The notes beneath the pieces are model-generated. The model saw only the letters and a list, made by a program, of their open reading frames with translations. It had not been told where the DNA came from and made no database searches. Positions 1 to 10,551 of a stretch of DNA of 64,000 nt are shown here, one piece after another. Every line of letters starts with the position of its first letter. Positions within the stretch are counted from its first letter, which is position 1. The stretch is from positions 18,504 through 82,503 of the forward strand of contig JAJDDW010000114.1 of NCBI GenBank assembly GCA_029260115.1. The letters are read 5' to 3'. The stretch is from Phycisphaerae bacterium (lineage in GTDB: Bacteria; Planctomycetota; Phycisphaerae; UBA1845). The translations under genes were made by a program, and so were the position numbers.

Positions 1-935
1 GTTATTTGGCTAGCTAACGGTGACAACGCTGGAAACAATTCTGGGTGTAACAGAAAAGCCAATACTTCGATAGTGTCAATCAGCCGTGGGCCGCTACGGT
101 GAAAGAAGGCGTTGCCGTCGGCGGCGTAAACGCGACCATTACGCACGGCTGACAAGCTTTTCCAGTTGGTCAAATGAACCAGCGAAGCGGCTTCACTTAT
201 GGCACGTTGTAACGGAAAACCGCAGGGTGAGACAACGATGACCTCGGGGTCGTAGGTTATGACGTCTGACCAATCGGTGTAGGTGCTTCGTTGGCCTGAG
301 GTGGTGAAGTCTCCACAGCCTCCTGCGTGTGAAAATAGATCAGGCATCCAATTTGCGGCTACCATTACTGGCGACACCCATTCGATACAAATGGCACGAG
401 GCTTATTCTCAGTCGATAAGTGACCGCACCGCCCATGAATAAACGCAAGTCTTTGTCGCAACCGCGCCATGTACTCTTGGCCTCGTTGGGCGACGTTCGC
501 GGCGTCAGCTACGCGCTGGATGTCAAGTAGTATCTGGTCCAGCGTCGTGGGGTTCATCGCTAGCACTTCACAATGGCGGAGGCTGTCGTGGGTAGTAGTC
601 GCAGTTAATACGGCGTCATAACTGATAGCGCAAACTTCGCACTGGGCTTGGGTGATGATTAAATTTGGGTTGAGCGTAGCTAAAGCGTCCACATCAATCT
701 CGTATAACGTCTGGCCGGTGCGCACCAGCTGTTGTACCTGTTGATCAATTTCGGCGGCGGACTTTGTGCTGTCGATGTTTGCATGGGTTATGCGCGGTTT
801 TTCACAGGCCTGTGGCGGATAGTCGCACTCGTGGCTAATGGCAACGACTTGGTCGCCTAAGCCTAATGCGTAGAGAATCTCCGTGGCGCTGGCTAGCATG
901 GAAACGATGCGCGGGTTGTTTGTCCCATTGGCCAT
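1..935 (-). CDS. ABC transporter substrate-binding protein, cobalamin/Fe-siderophore (BtuF-like) family; 3' end runs off the window
   Basis: Not in the ORF track because it is open at the edge. Manual translation from ATG 935 gives MANGTNNPRIVSMLASATEILYALGLGDQVVAISHECDYPP and the frame ends ...LAFLLHPELFP, typical of helical-backbone binding proteins. Confidence 0.8.
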   Translation of the reverse strand, partial: MANGTNNPRIVSMLASATEILYALGLGDQVVAISHECDYPPQACEKPRITHANIDSTKSAAEIDQQVQQLVRTGQTLYEIDVDALATLNPNLIITQAQCEVCAISYDAVLTATTTHDSLRHCEVLAMNPTTLDQILLDIQRVADAANVAQRGQEYMARLRQRLAFIHGRCGHLSTENKPRAICIEWVSPVMVAANWMPDLFSHAGGCGDFTTSGQRSTYTDWSDVITYDPEVIVVSPCGFPLQRAISEAASLVHLTNWKSLSAVRNGRVYAADGNAFFHRSGPRLIDTIEVLAFLLHPELFPALSPLASQI

Positions 936-1111
936 AGATGTTTGCGCTCATGAAAATTATCTGACAGTTTTTTCGACACGCACGAGTCGTCGAGAGCTTT
1001 ATTGCGTCGCAACCCTTACTGCTAGCGAGATCCACTGTTAAGCTGTGGCTTACCCTTGTCACTCAGTAACTCTGCCATCCATCAAATAATCCGCACTAAC
1101 TTGATGTATTA

Positions 1112-2797
1112 CTATTGCTTCTTTTGTAATTTAGCCCATGCGTCTTTTAGTGTTAGAGTGCGGTTGAAGATTATGTGCTCGGTGGTGGAGTCTGAGTCGA
1201 CGCAAAAGTAACCATTGCGTTCGAACTGGAAAGTATCTCCTGGTCTCACCTCGCTAACAGAAGGCTCTAATTTGCATCCCGTAAGCACTTTGATCGAATC
1301 TGGATTGATGTTGTCCTTGAAATCAGCGCCTTCGGACAGGTCAGAAGGATCTTCAAGCGTAAACAAATGGTCGTAGAGTCGAACTTCGGCGTTAACGGCA
1401 TGAGCGGCGCTGACCCAATGCAAGGTGCCTTTGACTTTTCGGCCGTCTGGGGAATCACCGCCGCGCGTTGCGGGGTCGTAGGTGCAACGTAACTCTGTCA
1501 CCTCGCCAGCGTCGTTTTTGATCGCGTCGGTACATGTGACGAAGTAGCCATATCTTAGTCGGACTTCCTTGCCGACCGATAGGCGGAAGAATTTGCGTGG
1601 CGGGTCTTCCATGAAATCGTCGCGTTCGATGTATAATGTGCGAGAAAATGGCACTTTGCGCGTACCGGCTGAGGGGTCTTCGGGGTTATTGACAGCATCC
1701 AAGTCCTCGGTGAGATTTTCTGGGTAATTTTCGATGACGACCTTGAGCGGATTGAGCACGCCCATGACACGCGGTGCCCGCTTGTTCAAATTGTCTCGCA
1801 CGCAGTGTTGCAGCAGGGCCATGTCTACAACACCTTTAACCTTGGCGACGCCGATGCGCGCACAGAATTCACGAATGGCCTCGGGGGGGTAGCCGCGGCG
1901 TCTCATGGCGGAAATGGTGGGCATGCGAGGATCGTCCCATCCGGTCACGTGGCCGCCTTGTACGAGTTCGAGCAGTCGGCGCTTACTCATTACCGTATAA
2001 TTTAGTTCTAAGCGAGCGAACTCGATCTGCTGTGGGTGATGCAAGTGTAGTTGATCTAAAAACCAATCGTACAGCGGGCGATGGTCCTCGAATTCCAATG
2101 TGCAAATCGAATGCGTGATGCCTTCGATCGAATCTTCTAGGCCATGTGCCCAGTCGTACATGGGGTAGACGCACCAATCGTCGCCGGTACGGTGGTGCGT
2201 GGCGTGCATCACGCGATACATGACGGGGTCGCGCATGTTCATGTTGGCGGCGGCCATGTCAATCTTGGCACGGAGCGTGCGTGAGCCGTCGGGAAATTCG
2301 CCCCTGCGCATGCGATCGAACAAATCTATATTTTCTGCTACGTCGCGATTGCGGAACGGACTCTCTGAGCCAGGGGAGGTCAATGTGCCACGACGTTGGC
2401 GCAATTCTTCGAGGCTCAAGTCGCACACGAATGCTTTGCCATTCTCTATCAGCGTTAGGGCATGGTTGTAGAATCTTTCAAAATAGTCGGAAGCGAAAAG
2501 TAGGCGATCTTCCCAATCGAATCCTAGCCAAGCGACGTCCTTCTTTATGGCTTCGACGTATTCTGTTTCTTCCTTGCTGGGATTGGTGTCATCAAAGCGA
2601 AGGTTGCATTTGCCCTTGTATTGAGCAGCTAGGCCGAAATTTAGGCAGATTGATTTTGCGTGGCCAATGTGAAGATAGCCGTTAGGTTCGGGGGGGAATC
2701 GCGTATGCACCCGGCCATCGTTTTTGTTGGCGGCTAAATCCTCTTCAATGATCTGTTGGATAAAGTTCAGCTTTGGTTTTGATTGTTCATCGGTCAT
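1112..2797 (-). CDS. glnS: Glutamine--tRNA ligase
   Basis: [17 protein letters not shown] (HIGH), [25 protein letters not shown] and FQFERNGYF motifs. Confidence 0.97.
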   Translation of the reverse strand: MTDEQSKPKLNFIQQIIEEDLAANKNDGRVHTRFPPEPNGYLHIGHAKSICLNFGLAAQYKGKCNLRFDDTNPSKEETEYVEAIKKDVAWLGFDWEDRLLFASDYFERFYNHALTLIENGKAFVCDLSLEELRQRRGTLTSPGSESPFRNRDVAENIDLFDRMRRGEFPDGSRTLRAKIDMAAANMNMRDPVMYRVMHATHHRTGDDWCVYPMYDWAHGLEDSIEGITHSICTLEFEDHRPLYDWFLDQLHLHHPQQIEFARLELNYTVMSKRRLLELVQGGHVTGWDDPRMPTISAMRRRGYPPEAIREFCARIGVAKVKGVVDMALLQHCVRDNLNKRAPRVMGVLNPLKVVIENYPENLTEDLDAVNNPEDPSAGTRKVPFSRTLYIERDDFMEDPPRKFFRLSVGKEVRLRYGYFVTCTDAIKNDAGEVTELRCTYDPATRGGDSPDGRKVKGTLHWVSAAHAVNAEVRLYDHLFTLEDPSDLSEGADFKDNINPDSIKVLTGCKLEPSVSEVRPGDTFQFERNGYFCVDSDSTTEHIIFNRTLTLKDAWAKLQKKQ

Positions 2798-3023
2798 GAG
2801 TTTCGTAGTCCATAAAACGCCTAAGTATAAAGTCTGTCAATTCACCGCACATGATACGCTAGGGTGGCGTGGCTTGAAACCGGTAGGCAGTGCTTTACAC
2901 AGCGAATATACCGCGACGGCCGAATGCCTGCGAGATATTTATGCGTGTCTATTGCCCACCCGCTGGGAATGCACGAAGAATGAAACCTCATTCCTTTCAC
3001 AATTGCCACAGGCCACCAGGACA

Positions 3024-3049
3024 CCGCGCGGGCTGAAGCCCTCGGCTCG
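3024..3049 (+). repeat. REP-like palindrome, copy 1 (CCGCGCGGGCTGAAGCCCTCGGCTCG)
   Basis: Imperfect hairpin GGGC-TGAA-GCCC; near-identical copies at 17282 and 37650. Confidence 0.75.
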
Positions 3050-3066
3050 TCATTCAATAAACGCCA

Positions 3067-4329
3067 TTAATTCAGGGTTAAAGCTTTGATGGTCTTGCAA
3101 TCTCTGAGGTATAGCTTTTGGCCAACCAAGGTGGGGACTGTCCAGGCTATGCGTTCAAGGACGCTGGCCTTGGCGTGGATGGTCACATCTTCGGGCGTGG
3201 CTGAGGCTAGGAGGAGCTGACCGTCCTCATCTAGTACGATTATCTTGTCACCGGCTAGGAGGAGCTGGGCCTTGCCGAATAAGCCTCGCTTCCGGAAGGC
3301 CATCTTCCCGGTTTTGACGTTGACGGCTGCGAAAAATGATGGGCCGTTGCCGCCGGTGGATGCGTAGATGTAATCGCCGATTCGAATGGCGCTGCCGAAA
3401 TGTATTTGCATTTTGCTATGATGCCAAAGTTCGTTGACGGTTGTTTTTCCGTCGGCCTGAGAGAGCTTTAATGCGCGACTTCCGGTGTTGTACGCGGAGG
3501 AGATGAAGAGGATGTTACCTGGGCACCAAAGGGGTAATGAAGCGTTGACGTTGTAGGAAGTTTTGTGCGGATGGTACCATAGTAGTTTCCCATTGGCTGG
3601 GTCCACAGCTACGATCTCATCGGTCATGGGAATGACGACTTGCTGCTGTTTGTCAACGTTGATGAGCAATGGTGAAGCGTATGAACATTTTACGTCCAGG
3701 CTCGACCAGGCTACTTCGCCGGTTTTTTGACGAAAGGCCATGACACCGTAGCCTTTGCCACCGACGGGAAGGATGATGGTGTCCTCAAAGGCGAGCGGGC
3801 TGGCGGAATAGCCCCACATTAATTTGTTGGCGTTATATTCTTTCGTCAAATCGTGTGACCACACAACGGCACCAGTGTTTAAGTTTAGGCAATACAGCTT
3901 TGCGGTGATGCCGACAGTGAAAACAAGATCGCCAACAATGAGTGGTGATGATCGCGGACCTACGCCGAAGCCTCTGTCTAACTCACTAAATAGCGGCGCG
4001 GGGTAAGTATGCTGCCATTTGGTTTCGCCTGTATCAGCGTCCAGCGCGACGACGATTTCATTTTCACCTTGGCGGTGCATGGTTAGTAGCATGTTTTGTG
4101 CGACGGAAATGGTGGAATAACCATCCCCAATAGGCTTAGACCAAAGCGTTTTAGGGCCTTCTTTGGGCCAGGTTTTTTTTAGTGAGGCGTCGGGGATGGT
4201 GAAATCTCGGTTGGGGCCTCCCCACTGCGACCATTGGGCACTGGCCAGCGACGAAGTTAGGCTCACGCAAAAGATTGTACATAGTAAAGTTTGATAGTGT
4301 CGGCTCGATGACATATGGTTATTTTCCAT
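3067..4329 (-). CDS. Secreted PQQ-binding-like beta-propeller repeat protein
   Basis: Signal peptide, N-terminal WSQWGGPNR motif, repeated ALDADTGETKW/CLNLNTGAVVW blades. Start placed at ATG 4329, one base after the upstream stop and behind a GGAGA. Confidence 0.85.
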   Translation of the reverse strand: MENNHMSSSRHYQTLLCTIFCVSLTSSLASAQWSQWGGPNRDFTIPDASLKKTWPKEGPKTLWSKPIGDGYSTISVAQNMLLTMHRQGENEIVVALDADTGETKWQHTYPAPLFSELDRGFGVGPRSSPLIVGDLVFTVGITAKLYCLNLNTGAVVWSHDLTKEYNANKLMWGYSASPLAFEDTIILPVGGKGYGVMAFRQKTGEVAWSSLDVKCSYASPLLINVDKQQQVVIPMTDEIVAVDPANGKLLWYHPHKTSYNVNASLPLWCPGNILFISSAYNTGSRALKLSQADGKTTVNELWHHSKMQIHFGSAIRIGDYIYASTGGNGPSFFAAVNVKTGKMAFRKRGLFGKAQLLLAGDKIIVLDEDGQLLLASATPEDVTIHAKASVLERIAWTVPTLVGQKLYLRDCKTIKALTLN

Positions 4330-4330
4330 C

Positions 4331-5545
4331 TTATTTTTTATCTCCAAAACAATAGAGTACGCCATCTTGTGTACCAATAATAAGGCAGCCTTCAGCTACG
4401 GCCGGTGAGGCCGAGATGGGTGCGCCGGCCTCAAATCGCCAAGTTTCTTTTCCTGTTTCGATATTTACGGCGTAGATGTTTCCGTCGTTCGATCCGACGA
4501 AGACGCGCTGGCCAACGATCACGGCGGAGGAATCTATTCTACCTTTGGTAGGAAATATCCATTTCATTTCCCCGGTGGCTAGGATGATCGCTCGGAGTCG
4601 TTTATCTCGACCGCCGACGATGGCAAGCTCTTCTGTGACAGCGGCGGAAGACATAAACGGGAATTGCTTGTCGGGGTCTTCAAATGTCCAGCGTCTGGCC
4701 CCGGTTTTCCAATCGACGCCGATGATTTGGTTGCCATAGGTTCCAAGGTACACATTTGAGCCGACGATGGCTGCGGAAGCGCCGGCGGGTGAGCCGATCG
4801 ATACCTCTCGAATTTTTTTTCCGCTACTGGCGTCCAGCACGTGCAAGTTTTCATCGCAGGCTACAGATAGCACGTGGTTGTCCACGATGCCAGAAGTGGC
4901 ATGAACTTTACTCTCGGTTTCAGCTTTCCAAGCTAGTGATCCATCTGCGACTTTTATGCAGTAAATGAAGCCGTCGTAAGAGCCTATGATGACAGTATCA
5001 CCGGCGACATTCGCAGATGAAATCACCTGGCCATTGGTGGCGTAGGTCCACAAGCCTTGCCCCGTTTGGACGTCCACGGCGTGAACGATGCCGCTGTCGT
5101 CGCCGAAGATGACCTTACCACTGACCACGGTGGGTGAGGATTGGATGAAATCTTTGGCGTGATAATTCCATTTCATTTTGCCGGTGTGCAAGTCTACTGC
5201 GTAGAGGTATTCATCGTCACAGCCGAAGTAAACGGTGCTATCGACAATGGCGGCGGACGAGGTAATGGCTTCTTTTCGCTTGAAGCGCCATCGCACGGCA
5301 AGCTTTTCTGGCAACTGGCTCACGGCGACGCCGGTTAGACGAGGGTTACCGCGGAACATTGGCCAGGACTGGGCGGTAGCGCGAGGCGCGACGGATGGCG
5401 ATTTTTCTACTTGGGCAAAAACTGTCGACGAGGTTATCGATATCAAAATTATGAGTGGGAGGTATACACGCCATGCGCTTCGCAGGTTCGCGTTGGCGAA
5501 TCCATTATTTGCTATGGCCGCATACTGTGTGTCGTATTTTCTCAC
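4331..5545 (-). CDS. Secreted PQQ-binding-like (BamB-like) beta-propeller repeat protein
   Basis: WPMFRGN motif and about 8 regular repeats of SSxAI...VYFGSxDxxLYAVDxxTGxxxW. Confidence 0.88.
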   Translation of the reverse strand: MRKYDTQYAAIANNGFANANLRSAWRVYLPLIILISITSSTVFAQVEKSPSVAPRATAQSWPMFRGNPRLTGVAVSQLPEKLAVRWRFKRKEAITSSAAIVDSTVYFGCDDEYLYAVDLHTGKMKWNYHAKDFIQSSPTVVSGKVIFGDDSGIVHAVDVQTGQGLWTYATNGQVISSANVAGDTVIIGSYDGFIYCIKVADGSLAWKAETESKVHATSGIVDNHVLSVACDENLHVLDASSGKKIREVSIGSPAGASAAIVGSNVYLGTYGNQIIGVDWKTGARRWTFEDPDKQFPFMSSAAVTEELAIVGGRDKRLRAIILATGEMKWIFPTKGRIDSSAVIVGQRVFVGSNDGNIYAVNIETGKETWRFEAGAPISASPAVAEGCLIIGTQDGVLYCFGDKK

Positions 5546-5563
5546 AATCGAATGCCACTTCGA

Positions 5564-6019
5564 CTACGAAGGTTTGAATCTAAGAACCAGGGCTGCGCCC
5601 ACGCCAGCCAATGCGATGCCCGCGTAGAACATCATGTGCGGAGGCTTGGCTGGTTTATTCCAGATCATTGATACAATCGTATTCATGATCGGAGCGCCCG
5701 CAAAAACTAGCGGGGCGACATAAATTGGCTTACCGCCTTGCTTGAAAGCGAACACGATCCCCAAGGCTCCGATTGCGCCGAGTATACCTGCTAAGGTAGA
5801 CAGGTTGACGCCCTTGGATGTAAATTCCCACGGCTCTGATTTGGCGAACCAGATATATGCTACGCAGGCTAAGGACACAACAAAATATGCAACGCCTACG
5901 AATAGGAACGCGCGTAGTGCGCTGTTCTTGCCTATCGCAGTTTGGCCATGATGTAGCGTGGGCACATACGCGCCCCAACAGAGGATAGTCAGGATGACAA
6001 ACATTGGCCAAAGCTTCAT
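5564..6019 (-). CDS. Small integral membrane protein, possibly DMT/EamA-like
   Basis: About 5 hydrophobic segments, ILCWGAY start motif, GGAG RBS upstream. Confidence 0.7.
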   Translation of the reverse strand: MKLWPMFVILTILCWGAYVPTLHHGQTAIGKNSALRAFLFVGVAYFVVSLACVAYIWFAKSEPWEFTSKGVNLSTLAGILGAIGALGIVFAFKQGGKPIYVAPLVFAGAPIMNTIVSMIWNKPAKPPHMMFYAGIALAGVGAALVLRFKPS

Positions 6020-6088
6020 GGGGTGCTCCTCTTGGAATTAGCTGCGAATCTCAATCTATTGTTTGCAGCGACTCTTGTATCTGTGTTA

Positions 6089-6118
6089 ATTATAGTCTGT
6101 TCTGCCGCAAAATGTAAA
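6089..6118 (-). promoter_or_regulatory. Candidate sigma70 promoter (TTTACA-N18-TATAAT) upstream of the 151-aa membrane protein gene
   Basis: Perfect -10 hexamer and 5/6 -35 hexamer in the intergenic gap. Confidence 0.4.
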
Positions 6119-6150
6119 TTGCGGTCGAGGTCAGTATGACTATCTTGGCT

Positions 6151-6176
6151 CCGCGCGGCCTGAAACTTGCGGCGCG
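6151..6176 (+). repeat. REP-like palindrome, degenerate copy 2
   Basis: CCGCGCGGCCTGAAACTTGCGGCGCG, immediately downstream of the thioesterase stop codon. Confidence 0.55.
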
Positions 6177-6182
6177 GGGGTA

Positions 6183-6602
6183 CTAGCCATTTATTTTGGC
6201 CTGCAATTTTTCTCTGATTTCATCTGGAATTATTATCGAGTGAAATTTTCCACCTTGGGTGGAACAACATACGGCCGACGATCGACCAGTGGCAATACAC
6301 ACGCCGTCTATTCGAAACTCGCACTTAAAAGAGACGGACTTGTCGGTGATTTCGGTCAAAGTGATGGCTAATTCCACATCATCTTCAAAACGAGCGGGAC
6401 GGGCGTATTCACAGCTAACGGACACGCGAGGCCAGCCAATATGCCCGTCACCGGCTGGGATATTTACGCTGATGCCCAACGATCGCCAGAAGCCGCATTC
6501 CACTTCTTCCATGTATCGAAAATAATTGGAAAAATGAACCACGCCGGCTAGGTCGGTATCGGCGAACTGAACTATTCTGGTCATTGTATAGTGATCGGAC
6601 AT
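6183..6602 (-). CDS. Acyl-CoA thioesterase, hotdog fold (4-hydroxybenzoyl-CoA thioesterase/YbgC family)
   Basis: VQFADTDLAGVVHFSNYFRYME signature and CEYARPARFED. Confidence 0.9.
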   Translation of the reverse strand: MSDHYTMTRIVQFADTDLAGVVHFSNYFRYMEEVECGFWRSLGISVNIPAGDGHIGWPRVSVSCEYARPARFEDDVELAITLTEITDKSVSFKCEFRIDGVCIATGRSSAVCCSTQGGKFHSIIIPDEIREKLQAKING

Positions 6603-6723
6603 TCTCGATTTTCCATCAAAATCGCGCCAACCTCTGATGCACGGTGGCGACGGTGTAAAGCTTGGTATCTTTACGATTCTTATTTTACTACATAACTGCG
6701 AACGACTAACTGTTTCCGTTAGT

Positions 6724-6750
6724 CAGCGCGGGCTTAAAACTCACGGCTCA
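6724..6750 (+). repeat. REP-like palindrome, degenerate copy 3
   Basis: CAGCGCGGGCTTAAAACTCACGGCTCA, downstream of the symporter stop codon. Confidence 0.5.
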
Positions 6751-6774
6751 AGTATCGTAAAGCTCCGGCCGGTA

Positions 6775-8442
6775 TCACGCCTTGCCGAAGAACTTTTCTA
6801 CTGTGGCTGTCGACGGCGGTCTTGTGATTAGCGATACCACTACCAGCGACACTGTCGAGACCGAGATGATCGTAGCTACGGGCATCATGTCTAAAAATAG
6901 ATACTCACGGTTGGCGCCATAGCCTGCTTGGGCGAACAGATAAACCCAAGCGACGGCGGTACTAATGACACAGGCGTATGCGCCAGCCGTCGTCGTGCGT
7001 TTCCAATAAAGGGCGGCTGCGACTAGTGGGAACAAGCTGGCAAATCCGCTGAAGCACCATACGCCGAGGGTGAACACACCGCCAGGGCGTGTTTGAGCCA
7101 AGAGATACGTAACGATTACAATGAAAACGACGAAGCCGCGTCCTAGTAATAGGCGCTGTTTATCTGACAGTGAGCCATCTTTGGCGTAGTGAGCCACGAT
7201 GTCGTTAGTGAAAATGCTACCAAGACAAAGGAACTGCGAATCCAATGAAGACATAATCGCGGCGAGGATGCCTGCGGTCAGCAATCCACCTAGTACCGGA
7301 CCCGTGCTGGAATCGACAAGCTTGCCGAGGACCGCGTTGGGGTTAGAAAATCCGTAAGGAATAATGGGCTTGCCGTCTATCATGGCACTGGTAGCCCATA
7401 CGCCAATCAATACGCAGGGCACCCACACGAGCATGATGAGAATGGGATGCGCGATGACGGACAGTTTAAACGATTTCGCGCTTTTCGCGGTTAACCAATG
7501 TTGAAAAAGATGCGGAAACATGCCCACGCTTAGCGGAATAAACATATACGTGAGAAACTTCAGATGGCCAATGCCATGCGGCTTAACCGGCTTGTTCGGC
7601 GCAGTGCCACGCTGGGACTCTGGCTTATTTTTCCAAGCGGCGAATCTCTTTTCATAGACTTTCACGTCGCCTTTGTAGCGGGTGAGTTGGTCATTTTCTC
7701 GCACGGTGCGGCGCAGTTTGTCGGGATTATGCTTTTGCACCATAGCTGTCGCTTCTTTCACTCCGCCGAGCTTGTCGGAAATAGCTGCGAAAGTGACGAC
7801 GCCTAATATGATAAACACAATGGTCTGAAAAGCGTTGGCCCAGGCTGTGCCGCGCACGCCGCCAAAGAAAACGTAAATCATGACGACGATACAAATTAGC
7901 GCTGAGCCATAGGCGTATGGAATAGCGCCAGCAGCACGAGCGGCTGGGCCTACACCAGCCGCGGGAAAGATGTCAGGTAATGCGCCGCCGGTTAATTTTT
8001 CGATCGTCGTGCCAGCGCCCATGACTCCGATGAGAAGGTATGGAATCACAAGGCCTACGAGGATAGGAAAAAGCAATAATCCAAAGTTGTTAGACTCAAA
8101 CCGATCTCTGAAAAACTGAATTTGTGTTGTGTAGCCAAACCGTTTGCCGAATGACCATAACTTAATGCCTATAATGAAGAAACAAGCGGAATGAATGATG
8201 CCAGACCAAGAGGCCATCTTGCCGTATACGCCGATGCCATCTTTAAAAGTGGCGCCGGTCGAGCCGACGAGGGCGAAGGCAGTCATGGTCGTTCCGAACA
8301 ACGACATGAGCAGTAAAAATGGGCCGATGCTGCGGGATGCTAGGAAATAGTCTGCCGATGTTCCTTTGAACAATCGGCTACTGAAAACCCCGAGAATCAA
8401 GAGCAAGCCGAGATAAGCTAAGATAATGAGAAGTTGTGTCAT
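6775..8442 (-). CDS. Sodium:solute symporter family protein
   Basis: DYFLASRSIG, FFGGVRGTAWANAFQ and AAIMSSLDSQ motifs; about 13 TM segments. Confidence 0.93.
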   Translation of the reverse strand: MTQLLIILAYLGLLLILGVFSSRLFKGTSADYFLASRSIGPFLLLMSLFGTTMTAFALVGSTGATFKDGIGVYGKMASWSGIIHSACFFIIGIKLWSFGKRFGYTTQIQFFRDRFESNNFGLLLFPILVGLVIPYLLIGVMGAGTTIEKLTGGALPDIFPAAGVGPAARAAGAIPYAYGSALICIVVMIYVFFGGVRGTAWANAFQTIVFIILGVVTFAAISDKLGGVKEATAMVQKHNPDKLRRTVRENDQLTRYKGDVKVYEKRFAAWKNKPESQRGTAPNKPVKPHGIGHLKFLTYMFIPLSVGMFPHLFQHWLTAKSAKSFKLSVIAHPILIMLVWVPCVLIGVWATSAMIDGKPIIPYGFSNPNAVLGKLVDSSTGPVLGGLLTAGILAAIMSSLDSQFLCLGSIFTNDIVAHYAKDGSLSDKQRLLLGRGFVVFIVIVTYLLAQTRPGGVFTLGVWCFSGFASLFPLVAAALYWKRTTTAGAYACVISTAVAWVYLFAQAGYGANREYLFLDMMPVATIISVSTVSLVVVSLITRPPSTATVEKFFGKA

Positions 8443-8681
8443 GCTTTGCCTCCGTTTTTAGAAGCTCGTGCATTTACCGGTTGGACATCATCCAATTCGC
8501 TTGGCCAACAGTATACTACGGCTAGTGCCCACAAGATGCCGGAGGCGAGTGATATGCCCGCATGATAGGCTAGCCCGATGGGTACGAAACCGAATACTAA
8601 TGTTTCGGAATTATCCCACCACCACCAATCGTGATGAAGGAACGCGAGAAGAATGATTGAGCCGTATATGATTTTTTTCAT
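8439..8681 (-). CDS. Small 2-TM symporter-associated protein (DUF3311-like)
   Basis: MKKIIYG...HHDWWWWD...VFGFVPIGLAYH; ATGA overlaps with both neighbours. Confidence 0.8.
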   Translation of the reverse strand: MKKIIYGSIILLAFLHHDWWWWDNSETLVFGFVPIGLAYHAGISLASGILWALAVVYCWPSELDDVQPVNARASKNGGKA

Positions 8682-9940
8682 GTGGTTTCCGTACCCGTTT
8701 TCAAATCGCTCGGCTGGGGGAGCGTAATCCATTGTCGCATGGTGTCAAACATTTGCGCGACTTCATCGTTAAAGACGTCGCCAATCAGGATTCGCACCAA
8801 GTGGTCGCGGTGGTGTGGGAATTCCTTCATAAATTGGCCGAAACTAAAATCTCGATTATAAAAAGCTTCGACTAGTTGCCGGATCATGTTCATGCCGTGT
8901 AGCAATTCCGGCGCAAAGCAACCCAGCTTGTTCCCTGATAAATCCTTATCGCTTAACCCTTGATGAATGGCGTCGGCGGCTAATTCTCCGCTTTTTAGTG
9001 CCAGCATAATGCCAGACGAATAGACGGGATCCATAAAGCCAAAGGCGTCCCCGATGAGTACCCAACCGTCCCCGGCCATTTGATCGGCGCGGTAGGAAAA
9101 GTCTGTGGTAACGAAGCCTTTGGTGATACGCTCAGCTTTTTCAAGTCGACGCAAGATGCCTGGACACTTCGCGATTTCCTCGTCGAGCGTGACTAAGGGA
9201 TCGTTGCCGCGGCCAGTACAGAGATACGATGGCGGCGCGACTACGCCGATACTGGTGACGCCATTGCAAAGCGGGATATACCAGAACCAGCCATCCCTTT
9301 TTGGCATGTGGATGATGATCGTCGCCCCACTATTGCGCCCTTCATCGCGATACGCCCCTTTGTAATAGGCATAAATCGCCGCGTTTTTGAATTTTGGGTC
9401 AGGGCGGCGCAGTTTCAATTGCTTAGCTAGGATGGAACTCATGCCGGAGGCGTCTACAACTACCTTGGCGAAAGTATCTTCGGAACCGGCATCGGTCACG
9501 ACACGAACGCCAACTGCTTTGCCCCCTTCAAAGAGGACTTCTTTAACACGTACGCCTTCACGCACAATCACTCCCTGTGAAATGGCGTTGTCTAGCATCA
9601 TTCTATCGAATACATCTCGCTCTACCTGCCATGTTATCGAGCAGGGACTGTCATCGCGATCGGTAAAGTAGAATGGTTGAGAGTCCTTGCCGGACGTCGA
9701 GACGAATTGCACACTTTCCTTACGGGGGAAATTTGAAGCTTCCATCTTTTCGAGCATGCCCAATCTTTTGAAGGTCCAATACGTTTGCGGCATGAGCGAC
9801 TCGCCGATATGCGGTCGCGGAAACAATGACTGTTCAAGCACCATCACGTTTCGACCTTGCTGGGCTAAAATGGTCGCGGCTGTCGCACCGGCTGGTCCGC
9901 CGCCAATTATCGCACAATCGTAATCGGCTGTATGGCTCAT
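8678..9940 (-). CDS. FAD-dependent oxidoreductase, flavin-dependent halogenase-like
   Basis: GGGPAG, FPRPHIGESL, FPRK (candidate catalytic Lys), GWFWYIP (WxWxIP) and GDAFGFMDPVYSSG (FxxPxxSxG). Confidence 0.82.
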   Translation of the reverse strand: MSHTADYDCAIIGGGPAGATAATILAQQGRNVMVLEQSLFPRPHIGESLMPQTYWTFKRLGMLEKMEASNFPRKESVQFVSTSGKDSQPFYFTDRDDSPCSITWQVERDVFDRMMLDNAISQGVIVREGVRVKEVLFEGGKAVGVRVVTDAGSEDTFAKVVVDASGMSSILAKQLKLRRPDPKFKNAAIYAYYKGAYRDEGRNSGATIIIHMPKRDGWFWYIPLCNGVTSIGVVAPPSYLCTGRGNDPLVTLDEEIAKCPGILRRLEKAERITKGFVTTDFSYRADQMAGDGWVLIGDAFGFMDPVYSSGIMLALKSGELAADAIHQGLSDKDLSGNKLGCFAPELLHGMNMIRQLVEAFYNRDFSFGQFMKEFPHHRDHLVRILIGDVFNDEVAQMFDTMRQWITLPQPSDLKTGTETT

Positions 9941-10551
9941 GGTTGATCGTCACCTTTATCCGAGAGGCTAATATTATGATCTTGGCTAACATTGAGTACG
10001 ACTTCAAATAGTTCGATGGCGGGCTGATGATGGCAATAGATAATGCCAATGCGGCCAAAGCTTTCCTGGGTGACGACAGGCTCAGTGCTTTTCCAAATAG
10101 CCGCTTCTGGCGAGAGCTGTAGCAGCCAACATGGTTCTATGCGACGAAGCACGTTGTGACTAATCAGAATATCACCCAACGGGCGTTGCTTGGCAAGTAT
10201 CTCCTCGCGCACTTCCGTTGACAGCGCATCAAGGTCTAGACGAACGATACCGTATTCAACAATGGTGTTTGAACTTGGCAAGGTCAACACAATCTCTCTG
10301 GTATAGCAATGCTCATCAAGATGGTATCGCAATACGCGCAGCGCGACAGATTCGCCGTGGTAATTTTGGAGCGTGGTGGTCATGTGGTTTTGATGCGTGA
10401 GTAGCTCGCGCACTGTGCGGGGTAATGACTTGTCGTCAACCGGTTGAATACCGTCAAGGCACATCGGCTGATCGAAGAAAGGCTTCGCGAGAAGAGACAA
10501 GGCCGACAGCGCGTTGTCGCAACTGGTGATGTGGTCAGGCCGGGAGATCAC
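9937..10551 (-). CDS. Chorismate pyruvate-lyase-like protein (UbiC/Rv2949c/UTRA fold)
   Basis: LLTHQNHMTTTLQ, YTREIVL and RPLGDILI match the LL...sxT.xL / REvxL / PLGxxL pattern of chorismate lyases; translationally coupled on both sides. Confidence 0.6.
   Translation of the reverse strand: MISRPDHITSCDNALSALSLLAKPFFDQPMCLDGIQPVDDKSLPRTVRELLTHQNHMTTTLQNYHGESVALRVLRYHLDEHCYTREIVLTLPSSNTIVEYGIVRLDLDALSTEVREEILAKQRPLGDILISHNVLRRIEPCWLLQLSPEAAIWKSTEPVVTQESFGRIGIIYCHHQPAIELFEVVLNVSQDHNISLSDKGDDQP

Noticed and set aside
2724-3089. 121-aa ORF containing RGLKP twice
   Set aside because: The peptide repeat is just the translation of the REP-like palindrome and a relic of it; the ORF overlaps genes on the opposite strand.
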